NCBI GenBank assembly: GCA_041736375.1
Contig: JBGSTQ010000423.1
Span: forward strand, 1 to 52,579
Source: Thiobacillaceae bacterium
Lineage (GTDB): Bacteria > Pseudomonadota > Gammaproteobacteria > Burkholderiales > Thiobacillaceae
Reading direction: 5' to 3'
Length of the DNA stretch: 52,579 nucleotides
Shown here: positions 18,577 through 28,481 of the stretch, one piece after another
Layout: the number at the start of each line of letters is the position of its first letter
How positions within the stretch are numbered: the stretch's first letter is position 1
Translations under genes and position numbers: made by a program
Notes under the pieces: model-generated
What the model was told of the DNA's origin: nothing
Database searches by the model: none
What the model saw: the letters and a program-made list of their open reading frames with translations, nothing else

Positions 18577-20126
18577 GGACAGAACCCCGACTGATTCATG
18601 TCGCGGAGCCACGGCTTGAATTCCGTTTTGGTCAGAAAACAGAATACCCGCGCGACGGTCTCTACTTGTTTGGCCCGGTTGATGCAGGAGATGCTCCTCG
18701 ACAAATTCGCTACGGCTTCATCGGGACGACCGACTCACTTCGTCGTTTCAGCGCATGGGCCGACCAAGTGTCACATTACATTGAGGTCCCTGCTCCCGGC
18801 CGAATGTCGAAGGCAACCTCCCCCCAACATGTCCCCTTCCCTGGTTTCAGCGAGGCCTTCAATTCTCTCTGGTCGAACAAGCCGGCACGAACCATCACCG
18901 ATATCGATGGGAAGGAACTGCGCAAGTTGATCTGCATCGACAACCGCCATGAGGCAATCAAAGCTGTAGTGGACGTATTTGTCGATCGTCTCGTAGCCGA
19001 CCAGAAGCGATCAGAAGATCCCCCTGCGTTCTGGTACGTGGTGATCCCCGACTTCATTTTTGACATGGGGCGTCCCAACTCAACTGTCGCGATTGGGGAG
19101 CGAGTGAGGGGGTCGGTCAGGATCAGTGAAAAGAAGGCAGCAAACCTGGTGATACAGCCAACACTCTTTGGGATCGCTGAGCGGGAGGCCGAAGTCTACA
19201 AATATGCCAAGAACTTCCGGCGACAACTGAAAGCCAGGCTCCTGGATCACCAGATCGTGACTCAGATCGTACGTGAATCAACTCTTACCCCTGATGACTT
19301 TCTCAAAGCCAACGGGAGGGATCCAAAGCGACGCGTCGAGGATCCAGCAACCATCGCCTGGAAGCTCTGCACGGGCTCCTACTACAAGAGCGGTGGTCGT
19401 CCGTGGCAACTTGGCGACATGCGGGCAGGCGTTTGCTACGTGGGCTTGGTCTACAAGAAACAGCCTGAATCCGCCGATCCCCGCTACGCCTGCTGCGCTG
19501 CCCAGATGTTTCTATCCGATGGCGAGGGTGTGGTGTTTCGTGGTGCGCTTGGCCCGTGGTTTCATCCTGATCGACGGGAGTTCCACCTAGATAGAGCATC
19601 AGCTCGACGTCTCATTGAGACTGTTCTCGGGGAGTACCGAATCAAACATCAGGCTGACCCGGTGGAATTGTTTATCCACGCGAAGGCTTCATTCAGTGAC
19701 GATGAATGGGCTGGCTTCATGGAAGCCGCAACTGACCACACCTCCAATGTGGTCGGGGTGCAAATCTCGGATGCTTGGGATCAGCTGAAGCTCTTCCGCC
19801 CGGGTGCATACCCAGTTGTTCGAGGAACCGCGCTGATTACCAGCCCTCGTTCTGGATTCCTGTGGACTTCCGGATACGTTTCACGCTTGGATACCTACAT
19901 GGGACCTGAGACGCCCAATCCACTAAAGGTATCAGTTCGTCGAGGGGATGCCGACATTAAAAATGTCATGTCAGACATCCTCTCCCTATCGAAGATCAAC
20001 TTCAACACTTGTCTTTTCAATGACAGGGAACCGGTGACCATCAAGTTCGCTGACGCCATCGGTGACATCCTCACTGCTGCGCCGGTGCATTCAGAACCCA
20101 AGTTGCCATTCAAGTTCTACATATGA
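18573..20126 (+). CDS. Short prokaryotic Argonaute (MID-PIWI) of a SPARTA system
   Basis: EPRLEF..GQK...PRDGLYLFGP, QLKARLL...TQIVRE, PWQL...RAGVCYVGLVYK, CCAAQMFL, ETPNPL, C-terminal PFKFYI; ATGA overlap with TIR-APAZ. Confidence 0.93.
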   Translation: MRTEPRLIHVAEPRLEFRFGQKTEYPRDGLYLFGPVDAGDAPRQIRYGFIGTTDSLRRFSAWADQVSHYIEVPAPGRMSKATSPQHVPFPGFSEAFNSLWSNKPARTITDIDGKELRKLICIDNRHEAIKAVVDVFVDRLVADQKRSEDPPAFWYVVIPDFIFDMGRPNSTVAIGERVRGSVRISEKKAANLVIQPTLFGIAEREAEVYKYAKNFRRQLKARLLDHQIVTQIVRESTLTPDDFLKANGRDPKRRVEDPATIAWKLCTGSYYKSGGRPWQLGDMRAGVCYVGLVYKKQPESADPRYACCAAQMFLSDGEGVVFRGALGPWFHPDRREFHLDRASARRLIETVLGEYRIKHQADPVELFIHAKASFSDDEWAGFMEAATDHTSNVVGVQISDAWDQLKLFRPGAYPVVRGTALITSPRSGFLWTSGYVSRLDTYMGPETPNPLKVSVRRGDADIKNVMSDILSLSKINFNTCLFNDREPVTIKFADAIGDILTAAPVHSEPKLPFKFYI

Positions 20127-20329
20127 GAATTCAAGTGGGGAGTCCGATGTCTATCCGGCAAGTCGAATCACAAAACACGCAATACCGATTTACGGAAGCA
20201 ATCCCGACGAAACCTGACGCCCATTTTTCAACGCCTGACCCCAATACCCTCTTTATCGTCTGTTGTCCGACCTACTCCTTTTCGAAATCAACCGCGCCCG
20301 TGGGGGCGCTTTTCGTAAAGGAGAGTCAC

Positions 20330-21979
20330 ATGTCTTTGTCACACATGGGCACGATCGCCAAGATCGTGGCTGCCCGAATCGGCGTCGAGGTGGTGTTCGA
20401 TGCGTCTGCCGACACCGCTTCCACCGATGGCACCCGCATCTTTATCCCTACCAGCCTGATCGGGGATGGCGATGCGCGAGCCGTAACCCTTATGCGCGGC
20501 TTCATTGCGCATGAGGGTGTGGGCCATATCCGGCATACGGATATGGAAGAGTGGAGTGCCTTTGTCCGAGACGCTTCACCCTTGGGCAAGAGCATCCTCA
20601 ACATCATCGAGGACATCCGGATCGAACGGCTGGCGTGCAGGGTGTATCCAGGTATCAAACGGATCCTCGATGCGACCGTGGAAGCTCTGAAGCCGGAAGG
20701 CTTCTTCGATCTTCCCGCCAAACCTCACCCAGCCGGCGTCGTCACGGGCTTGTTGCTCAACTGCCTGCGGGCGGAAGAGCTTGGCCAGCCACTCGATCCG
20801 ATTCCGGCTCGGGCGATGGCATTCAAGCTGTTCGGTGTGTCGTTGAGAGACGACATCCTGAAGATCGCAAGGAACGGCAGCCGTGGTAGTTCAACGGTGG
20901 AAGCAGTCGACGCCACCAAAGCCATCCTCAGGCTGCTTGGAGATGTTGCAAAGCCGGCGGCCAATCCGAAGCCACATCCGGTGCAGTCGGCTGAACAGCA
21001 GGAGGGTCAGGCTGATAAAGGTGCATCTGGGCCAGAAAGCAACCTGGCAGCGAGCACTTCCCAGCAGCAAAGCCAGAAGCAGAGCAAATCCGCCGCACAG
21101 GCTCTCGCCGCAAGCACGAAAGATTGCGGTCCTGGAGGTCTTGAGGACATGGCCAAGGAAGCGATGGGCAAAAGCGTTGGTTCCAGCCAGTACTTGACCG
21201 AGATGCCACGTACCATTGTGGCGTCGCCTATCCAGGGATGGCGTCCGTCAGCGCGCTCTGCCGGGATTTCCAGAACCCTCTCCCGCAAGCTGGAAGACAT
21301 GCTCCAGTCCCGTGTGGATGAGGAGGATTTCTCGGTACGCGGTGGCGGTCGCCTGGATGCCAGGCGTGTTTCCAGAACGAAGTTGCTCGATCTGGAGGTG
21401 TTCGAACGGGAAGGCGAGGCAGCGCCGGGTCTGGATACGGCGTTGTTCGTGCTGGTAGACAAGTCAGGAAGCATGAGTAGCCCTATCGGTACCAGCACCG
21501 ACACGACGGAAGCGGTCGCGTTGGATGCTGTCTCGGCACTTGGGGATGCACTTGCCTGTTTCGACGGTCGAGGCGTGTCTTTCTCGGTGGAGGGATTTTC
21601 TCAGACGATGACGGCATACAAGCCATTCTCTGCACCTTGGCGGGGCACGCGGGCTTGCCTCGGCCGCTATCAGGCTTCGGGTGGCACGGACTTCCCTTCG
21701 GCCTGCTTCACGGCCATCGGCGAGATCGCCAAGCGCCCCGAAAAGCGCAAGGTGATCCTGGCGCTGACCGACGGAGACGTTGGCGAAATCTCGCTGGTTG
21801 CCAGCATGCAGAAGACGGCCATCGAGCATGGAATCGAGACCAGGGTAGTTTTCCTGGGTATCAACCCCAAAGGAGCTGGCTATATGGCAAAGGCGGGAGG
21901 ATTTGCTCGCTATGGTGTTGCCAATCAGGCTGAAGATGTTCCCAAGGCTGTCTTCGCTGCGCTGGAAGACACTTTCTGA
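20330..21979 (+). CDS. CobT-like protein with HExxxH metal motif and C-terminal VWA domain
   Basis: ASTDG, HEGVGHIRHT, NIIEDIRIE; VWA MIDAS DKSGS, GGT and LTDG; AAGGAG RBS before ATG 20330. Confidence 0.85.
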   Translation: MSLSHMGTIAKIVAARIGVEVVFDASADTASTDGTRIFIPTSLIGDGDARAVTLMRGFIAHEGVGHIRHTDMEEWSAFVRDASPLGKSILNIIEDIRIERLACRVYPGIKRILDATVEALKPEGFFDLPAKPHPAGVVTGLLLNCLRAEELGQPLDPIPARAMAFKLFGVSLRDDILKIARNGSRGSSTVEAVDATKAILRLLGDVAKPAANPKPHPVQSAEQQEGQADKGASGPESNLAASTSQQQSQKQSKSAAQALAASTKDCGPGGLEDMAKEAMGKSVGSSQYLTEMPRTIVASPIQGWRPSARSAGISRTLSRKLEDMLQSRVDEEDFSVRGGGRLDARRVSRTKLLDLEVFEREGEAAPGLDTALFVLVDKSGSMSSPIGTSTDTTEAVALDAVSALGDALACFDGRGVSFSVEGFSQTMTAYKPFSAPWRGTRACLGRYQASGGTDFPSACFTAIGEIAKRPEKRKVILALTDGDVGEISLVASMQKTAIEHGIETRVVFLGINPKGAGYMAKAGGFARYGVANQAEDVPKAVFAALEDTF

Positions 21980-21990
21980 GTTGTAACCGC

Positions 21991-22021
21991 ACCCCGCTTG
22001 GCCTCTGGCCAGCGGGGTTTT
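21991..22021. terminator. Terminator-like hairpin, repeat copy 3, between convergent VWA and jetD-like genes
   Basis: ACCCCGCTTGGCCTCTGGCCAGCGGGGTTTT. Confidence 0.7.
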
Positions 22022-22022
22022 A

Positions 22023-23135
22023 TTATTTGAGTATCAGTAGATCGGGCGCGAGCAACTCGATCTCTATGGGTAACACCCGTTCTTGATCTACCCCCCGAGA
22101 AGCACACAGAACAAGAAGCTCTCTGGCAATTTTCTCATCCTCCCCGCATGTTATTGGCATTTGGTTTTGGCCTGTTTTTCCCACTACAGAAACATAGGGA
22201 TGGTTCCGGCTCTGGTTTCTAAGCGAAGCGATCATCGGCTGATAAAGCGCACTCAAGCGGAGGCCCGGCACGGTTTTTTTGAGCCGCAGATAAATCTGAA
22301 TCCCGGCGGGGTCGAGATCTCCCCAAAACGCAATCCTGTCATGGGCAAGCAGCTCTTTCGCGCCAGGGCATGTCGCCCCGTCTCTTCTCAGGGTGATCGC
22401 GCTCGCGAACCGGTCTTCCACCATGCCGGCCAACTGATTTCCATAGTCTTCCTGAGACTTGCTCAGCCCAAAGCCGTACGTACACACAAAAGCACACTGA
22501 TGAATAGCATTCGTGGCCACGGCCATCTCGAAGGCAGCCGGGTTTTCAACCAGCACTACAGCATCCGGTGATTGGCATCCGGCTACGACAACGTAGAGCG
22601 GGTGGCCTTGAAACTGGTCGACGTGGATTCCAAACGCCCTGAGGGATGGGGATGCAAATTCGTCCAGGAGCTTCGATGAGCCCAAGAGGTATCGTGCACT
22701 GACCAAAAAACGATGCCGGCCGGTTTCACTGGCCTGGCTCTCACGCAGACTGATCAGCCCCTGGAGAATGAGCCACATATCTGATTCAGAAAATGCTGCC
22801 AGCTTTGCACTCAGTGGCGCCAAGGATTCTCGATCCTGTAGTTGAAGCTCGGATCGTTCCAGCACGGATATCCAGCGTTGCCGGTCAGTATCCTGGGGAA
22901 CCACTGGTAACGACCCGATAATCCTCACTTGCGCGAACGGTGCACCATCGGGCGATACACCCTCTATCCAGCGCTCCTTTGACAGTCGCCCCAAGGATTG
23001 TCGGATCGTCAAAGGAGATTCCCCAGTGTCCGTTGCCAGACCTTCAACCAACCCACCAGGGCGAAGGTATGCCTTCCCACTCATTTTCTTGATGAGCGCC
23101 GCGCGAATTCGCTCGACAGAATCCTCAAGCCCCAT
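22023..23135 (-). CDS. jetD: Wadjet JetD/MksG-like TOPRIM nuclease
   Basis: VVLVENPAAF (TOPRIM Glu), FWGDLDPAGIQI (DxD), C-terminal DQE; last gene of the SMC operon. Confidence 0.8.
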   Translation of the reverse strand: MGLEDSVERIRAALIKKMSGKAYLRPGGLVEGLATDTGESPLTIRQSLGRLSKERWIEGVSPDGAPFAQVRIIGSLPVVPQDTDRQRWISVLERSELQLQDRESLAPLSAKLAAFSESDMWLILQGLISLRESQASETGRHRFLVSARYLLGSSKLLDEFASPSLRAFGIHVDQFQGHPLYVVVAGCQSPDAVVLVENPAAFEMAVATNAIHQCAFVCTYGFGLSKSQEDYGNQLAGMVEDRFASAITLRRDGATCPGAKELLAHDRIAFWGDLDPAGIQIYLRLKKTVPGLRLSALYQPMIASLRNQSRNHPYVSVVGKTGQNQMPITCGEDEKIARELLVLCASRGVDQERVLPIEIELLAPDLLILK

Positions 23136-23137
23136 CG

Positions 23138-26100
23138 TCAGTGCTCAACCACAGCGCCACGGGTCGGTTTCACACGAAGGTTCATCAACCCGATTGCCCC
23201 ATAGTGCGATCCGACTTCTTCGGGCTGCAAAATCCGCCGTGTCCTGCTGTCCGCATACATGAACTGGCCATTGATTTCACGGGCCTCGATCAGAGTTGGG
23301 AAGTATTCGAAGTTGTTCTGGTAGTTCTCGTCGTGCCCCGTGATGATGAGTTGGAAACGTCCCCGTGTGCGCTTGATGCTGTCCAGAGCATCCCGAATGA
23401 GCCCCTTGTTGGACAAGCTCGAAAATGCCCCGTCCATGATGGCGAACTGGGTGGGATGCAGATGCTTTTGCTGAGCCCGGCTGGTGGTCACGCGACGCAG
23501 TTCACGCTCGGTGACGTAATCCGCCATCTTCACGATCCACAGGAGCGTCATGGCTACGCCCTGGCCTGTGCTGACCATGTTCTTTTCCAAGGGCAACGAA
23601 TGCTGGCTGATGGATGGCATGCGCACCTTGATTCGCGGGTTGAGGATGACTTTCTGATAGAAGGTATTTCGGATTTCAGCGCGGATGCCACGGATAGCCT
23701 GATCGCGCAGGCCGGGTGCGGCGTTCTCGACGGCATGCTTGGTCGATTCGTATTTCTCGACCATTTCCACCACTTTATCCAGAACCGCCTTGATGTCGTC
23801 CTGGTTGGCTTCTGTTGCCTCGATCTCGAAGCCGGCGCCCAGATTGCCGTCCTTGTCCTTCCCAGGGCCGAATACCGCCTTCATGATCTTCAAATTGTCC
23901 GGCAGCCGCTGCGTGAACGCTTTTAGCCACTTCCCAATGTTTTCCCATTCGCTTTCGAGGTAGGCGGTGGCAGTCGCGTTGGCGGCCTGGTTCTTCTCGT
24001 AATTGCTTTTCGCTACAGCATGGAGGTGATCCACGATGGCGGGACTTTCCTTGGCATGGGCGAGTTCAAGGCGCACATGCTCAGTTAGATCCAGATCCCC
24101 CATGACCAGGATTTTGTCGACCATCGACGCCAGACTGCTCCTGGCTCGCTGGTAGCCCTCCTTGGCGTCTTTCATGGCCTGGCGGAGCTCCGAAGAATCC
24201 TCGATTTGGATATCGCTCTCGATGTCTATGAGCATACGAACCAGGTCTTCAAGGTTATCCTCCTCACGCAACCCCAGCGCGAACCCGCCGAGAGGATGAC
24301 GTTCGATCTGATCCCTGGTAACTGTGGCCAGGTCTTCCTGTTCAGTCGTGAATTCCCGGTATTTCTTGATGAGGCCTCGGACAAACTCATCGATCACCAT
24401 GACCTTCTTGATCAGGCCCAGATTTTGGTTCTCGATGGATTCGATCGCCTTGTTCAAAGGTGGTAGCAAGCGGTCTTGAATCACATGCTGCTCAGCTTTC
24501 AGATCGTTCAGGCGTTGCTGGATTTGCCTGGGGCGATCTGGCCCGGCCTTCACAAATAGCTCAGCCGCCTCGAATCGGAACCGTGTACGTTGATCGGCAT
24601 GGGACTTGGCTCTGTCCAGAGTCGCTTCGGTATCACCGGCCTCAGCCATGAACGCCGGGTTCTCCTCCGCGTGATCAATAAATGCCTGGATGCGCTGAAG
24701 GTGATTATTCTTGCCAGCCGCCAGTGTGGCGTCGGCTGCTGATTTTTGCTGAGTATCGAGGCGCTTTTCGAGACTTTCAATTTCACCATTGTTGATCTCC
24801 AATGCATCGGCCGCCCTCTCCGAATCTAATTCGGCAGCCGTATGCTCATCCCTGAGCGCCGACTCATTCGTTTGGGCGAATTCTCTGTAGTGGCGCTCAA
24901 CCTGGGTGATGTCCGCAAGCGTTTCAGTAGAGGCCTTGGCCTCCAGTTCAGGGAGCATTGCATTGAGCTTGTCTTGTTCTGTTGCAAGCTGTGCATCCTT
25001 TTCCAGGTAGCCATGCTTGACGCCCTCAGAGGCATGCCTGGCCAGCGTGGTTTCTTCGCTTTCTGGTGAACATGTGGTGCGTTCGGTCTGCTTGGTAGAC
25101 AGAACCTGAGTCAGCTCCTGAACCTGATTGTCAATCAGCGCCTTCTCACGTTCGACCAATGTCGGGTCAAGCAAGCAATCAACCTGTCGTGTTCGGACGC
25201 CGACAAGCCAGGTATGCGCAGCCATTGCGTCTCTGGAAATCACCCCGGTTCGGCAGAACTCTTCCAGTTCCGCGAGCACGAATACCGGCGCCTCAACACC
25301 CGCCTTCGCCAGCCTGCCTGCGGCCTCAACGGCTTCACTGATAGTCTGGTAAACCGGTGCATGCAGCAATGCGGAGAACAGGGTCAAAACGCTTTCCATG
25401 CGGTCTGTTGGAAGCTGCATCTTGACCACGGCCTCATGCACTGGAACAGACTTCCCGCCAGCGATCGCTACCGCCTCGCGTGTAACCTTCCCAGCCACAA
25501 TCACAGCCTGGTCCAGGGCCGACCGTCGCACGCCGGCCTCAACCAGGTCGCCCTTGAGTCGCTCGACCTCCCTCCCAAGCGTTTCCCAACGGTTGAGGCG
25601 GTCCAGCAACCACGCATCCGGATCGCCATCCCCGTTGGCAGCCTGGAACATGGCCAATGCCTTGATGAAAGGCCGGAACTTGTTCCTATCGCCCTCAATG
25701 CTACTCAGTCGATTCCTGGTCTGGTCTCGATCTGAGGTCACCTGTTTAGCGAGGCCGACGGGAGACGCCTCACCGAACAGCTTGATAAAACGATCCCTGG
25801 CTGGCAATGCCTCGATGAACCGTTTCAACTTGGCATCAAGTTCGTTGAAGCGCTTGTTCGCTGCCTCCTTGGTGGTGTCCAGAGGCTTGCGGAGATCTCG
25901 GGCCTTTTTCAATGCTGATTGAGTTTCCTGAAGAAGCCGATTGGCTTCCTCGGATGCATTCTCCAGTTGCATGGCCTTTTCAGCAGGGCTGATCGATTCG
26001 CCGTATTCACTGAGGAAGGCCTGCCAGCCTTCATAGACAGGTTTGAGCCGGCGCACCTTGTCCTTGTGGTCATCCAATGACTTGGCAGCCTTCTCCAGTT

Positions 26101-27685
26101 CCTGTCCCACCAGGCGACCAGTCTGTGTGGGCGAAGCAAGCTCTTCCTCCGTGAATAATCTGCTATCCGCCATGCGGCGGTATTCCGACTGCTGTTCCCC
26201 AACATGGGTCTGCTCGTCTTGCAGCTTCTCTTTCTCGGCCTGATGGTCTTTGTACCGATTGGAAAGTCGCTCCCTCTCTTCCGACTTGGTCGCAAGCTCC
26301 GCTTCGAGTCGTTTCTTGAGTGCCCTTGCGGGGTTGGTGTCGGCATGCGCTTCGACCCAATCAAAGGCCTGGGTCACCAGATCGATAGCCTTATCGCGGG
26401 TCCAGTCGCGGGTGAAGGTCGAAGTGAGTTTCAGGAGGGCCAGCGCTGACTCGCGGGAATAAAGGCTACCTGATGGCCCACGTTTGCTGATGGCAGAAAA
26501 ACTATGGCAAGCAAAATCAATCAGTTGCGAACGATGGGCCTGTTGAAGTGACAACCCATTTCTTTCATGTGCGCGCCGATTTACTTCACTGGCGGGCTCC
26601 CCGGTGAACTCAGCCATTACTCGATCCGACAGGAACCACGAGCCATCCTTCATAACCATAGATCGGGCAATTTTCGGGATGGTTTCAGGTGGCGTTCTTG
26701 GGATACCTGGGATGGGGACATCCACCACCACGTCTTTCAGCACAGCCATTTCAACCGAAAACGCGCCCAGATGCTGGTCATAGGCCTGCTTGGCGTCTTT
26801 CAGCTTGGAGCCCAACTCCAGCGCACCTGCAAGCTCCCGAAGCGTGTTGCCTGCACGGCGCAGCTCTTCCGCCTTTCTGGCGGTCTCATGCTTGGCGGAT
26901 ATGACCTTCGAGACTTTTTCATGGATCGTGTCTTCAATGCCATGCTCGCCTTCTTCGCCGAGATCGCCCATGACATCGGTAAGAAGTTCTGGCGCCAGGC
27001 GTTCGTAGAAAACCGCAGCCGAATAGTTCATGCCGGCCGGCGGCTTCACCTCGAAGTAGCCGTGTCCACCTTCGGCGCCGCGCATGAGTTGGTAGATCAA
27101 CTGTTGCTTGAGCGATGACATGTCGAAGAAGTCTTCGACAAAGGCAAGCCATGCACGCCTGGTTCGTTCTTTGGCATTGCCCGGAAACAGGTTGGTGCAC
27201 GTCCTCAGTTGCCCCAGGAAAGCATCGTCAGCAATGAGCGTGTGATGGAGTTCGTGGACGTGCGCGACAGGACAGTCATCAAGAGTTCCCTGATAGGCAT
27301 ACACCTCCAGCTTCTCGTTCTCTCCACTGTAGCCATACATCCCGAACACCATGGTCTGGCCACCCAATTCCCCGCCACTTTGCGCCACGAGGTCACCACT
27401 GGCCCCTGGCATCGGGATGAGCACCTGAATTCGTATATGTGTGAAATGTCCTGTCTGAGATGGCGCGAAGAAGCGTGTGCGGATGTCCTTCAAGCTCTTG
27501 CCGTGGGAGGTCAACATGGCCAGGATGGCGGTAACCATCGTGCTCTTCCCCTTGCCGTTGGGTATGTTCAAGGCAGCGTTTTCACCATTGATCTCAAGGA
27601 TCTGGTGCGGCCAATCGGGGCGCCATGGTTTGGTGCGTCCGCTGTTCAGGAAGTTCGAGAGTTCAATGCGCTGCAGGATCGGCAT
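23138..27685 (-). CDS. jetC: Wadjet JetC/MukB-like SMC ATPase (1515 aa)
   Basis: Walker A PNGKGKST, long coiled coils, signature VSTGQG, Walker B-like FAIMDGAF, H-loop IITGHD. Confidence 0.8.
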   Translation of the reverse strand: MPILQRIELSNFLNSGRTKPWRPDWPHQILEINGENAALNIPNGKGKSTMVTAILAMLTSHGKSLKDIRTRFFAPSQTGHFTHIRIQVLIPMPGASGDLVAQSGGELGGQTMVFGMYGYSGENEKLEVYAYQGTLDDCPVAHVHELHHTLIADDAFLGQLRTCTNLFPGNAKERTRRAWLAFVEDFFDMSSLKQQLIYQLMRGAEGGHGYFEVKPPAGMNYSAAVFYERLAPELLTDVMGDLGEEGEHGIEDTIHEKVSKVISAKHETARKAEELRRAGNTLRELAGALELGSKLKDAKQAYDQHLGAFSVEMAVLKDVVVDVPIPGIPRTPPETIPKIARSMVMKDGSWFLSDRVMAEFTGEPASEVNRRAHERNGLSLQQAHRSQLIDFACHSFSAISKRGPSGSLYSRESALALLKLTSTFTRDWTRDKAIDLVTQAFDWVEAHADTNPARALKKRLEAELATKSEERERLSNRYKDHQAEKEKLQDEQTHVGEQQSEYRRMADSRLFTEEELASPTQTGRLVGQELEKAAKSLDDHKDKVRRLKPVYEGWQAFLSEYGESISPAEKAMQLENASEEANRLLQETQSALKKARDLRKPLDTTKEAANKRFNELDAKLKRFIEALPARDRFIKLFGEASPVGLAKQVTSDRDQTRNRLSSIEGDRNKFRPFIKALAMFQAANGDGDPDAWLLDRLNRWETLGREVERLKGDLVEAGVRRSALDQAVIVAGKVTREAVAIAGGKSVPVHEAVVKMQLPTDRMESVLTLFSALLHAPVYQTISEAVEAAGRLAKAGVEAPVFVLAELEEFCRTGVISRDAMAAHTWLVGVRTRQVDCLLDPTLVEREKALIDNQVQELTQVLSTKQTERTTCSPESEETTLARHASEGVKHGYLEKDAQLATEQDKLNAMLPELEAKASTETLADITQVERHYREFAQTNESALRDEHTAAELDSERAADALEINNGEIESLEKRLDTQQKSAADATLAAGKNNHLQRIQAFIDHAEENPAFMAEAGDTEATLDRAKSHADQRTRFRFEAAELFVKAGPDRPRQIQQRLNDLKAEQHVIQDRLLPPLNKAIESIENQNLGLIKKVMVIDEFVRGLIKKYREFTTEQEDLATVTRDQIERHPLGGFALGLREEDNLEDLVRMLIDIESDIQIEDSSELRQAMKDAKEGYQRARSSLASMVDKILVMGDLDLTEHVRLELAHAKESPAIVDHLHAVAKSNYEKNQAANATATAYLESEWENIGKWLKAFTQRLPDNLKIMKAVFGPGKDKDGNLGAGFEIEATEANQDDIKAVLDKVVEMVEKYESTKHAVENAAPGLRDQAIRGIRAEIRNTFYQKVILNPRIKVRMPSISQHSLPLEKNMVSTGQGVAMTLLWIVKMADYVTERELRRVTTSRAQQKHLHPTQFAIMDGAFSSLSNKGLIRDALDSIKRTRGRFQLIITGHDENYQNNFEYFPTLIEAREINGQFMYADSRTRRILQPEEVGSHYGAIGLMNLRVKPTRGAVVEH

Positions 27686-28481
27686 CTTCCGACTCCGTTT
27701 GTGATTGGCCCGTTATCAACTCAACGGATCGTCGTTCAAGAGTCACTGACGAGTCGGACGGCATGAGATAGGACAGTTCATGCTCAGCAATCACCGCCAT
27801 ATCCACAGCAGCCACAAGGGTCTGTCGGTACTCGCCAGGGTTGCCTGCGTCCTGGATCATGCCGGCCTCTTCCATAACCTTGAGAAAACGGCTTGCGTAG
27901 GCATGGAGGCTGTTCTTGTTCCCCCACAGAAGATCCCATGCCGTGCCTTCCATCCCTTCAGGGCGGCCCATATTGCCAAGCTGCTCGATGCCCTTGGAAA
28001 GTGAATCGACAAACAATTTCTCGGAGACCAAGGCCTCGCGGTAACGGCTGATTTCCGCCGGTAGCCGATCGATACGTTCGTAAAAGAACCACTGCAAGGT
28101 AAGCCACATCCTCGCCAGCCAGACTACTCGCTCAGCTTTGCTGGCGTTTCTACGTCTGCCATCACGGATTTGATCGAGCGTCCAATCGTTGTCCAGGTAG
28201 GGCGCCAAGGTTTCACCACGTAGCCTGGTCACGACATAGATCCGATTGTTTCGCCCCGCTTTCGGGGGAATACCGAACTCCAAGCCGTCCCGTATGTAGA
28301 GCGTGAACCCCTGAGCGGCCAGGAATTCATCCAGGTCTCGCAGTTCTGACTGACTACAGTCCGACAGGATTCGCGCCACCTCCAGTTCGTTTTCTCGTGG
28401 CGGCCGGTCGGGTGGGTTACCGTGTATTTCCCGGTGTTTGAGCAACAACCCGAAAACAAGCCCAAGGTCTGTTGGAGTCAT
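27663..28481 (-). CDS. Putative Wadjet JetB/MukE-like kite subunit
   Basis: Size and position overlapping the SMC start; winged-helix-like C terminus (FLKVMEEAGMI...GEYR). Confidence 0.6.
   Translation of the reverse strand: MTPTDLGLVFGLLLKHREIHGNPPDRPPRENELEVARILSDCSQSELRDLDEFLAAQGFTLYIRDGLEFGIPPKAGRNNRIYVVTRLRGETLAPYLDNDWTLDQIRDGRRRNASKAERVVWLARMWLTLQWFFYERIDRLPAEISRYREALVSEKLFVDSLSKGIEQLGNMGRPEGMEGTAWDLLWGNKNSLHAYASRFLKVMEEAGMIQDAGNPGEYRQTLVAAVDMAVIAEHELSYLMPSDSSVTLERRSVELITGQSQTESEDADPAAH

Noticed and set aside
20123-20329. N-terminal extension coupling the VWA gene to pAgo as a third SPARTA component
   Set aside because: ATG 20330 has its own RBS and backbone leader repeat; the VWA gene lies outside the cassette boundary.
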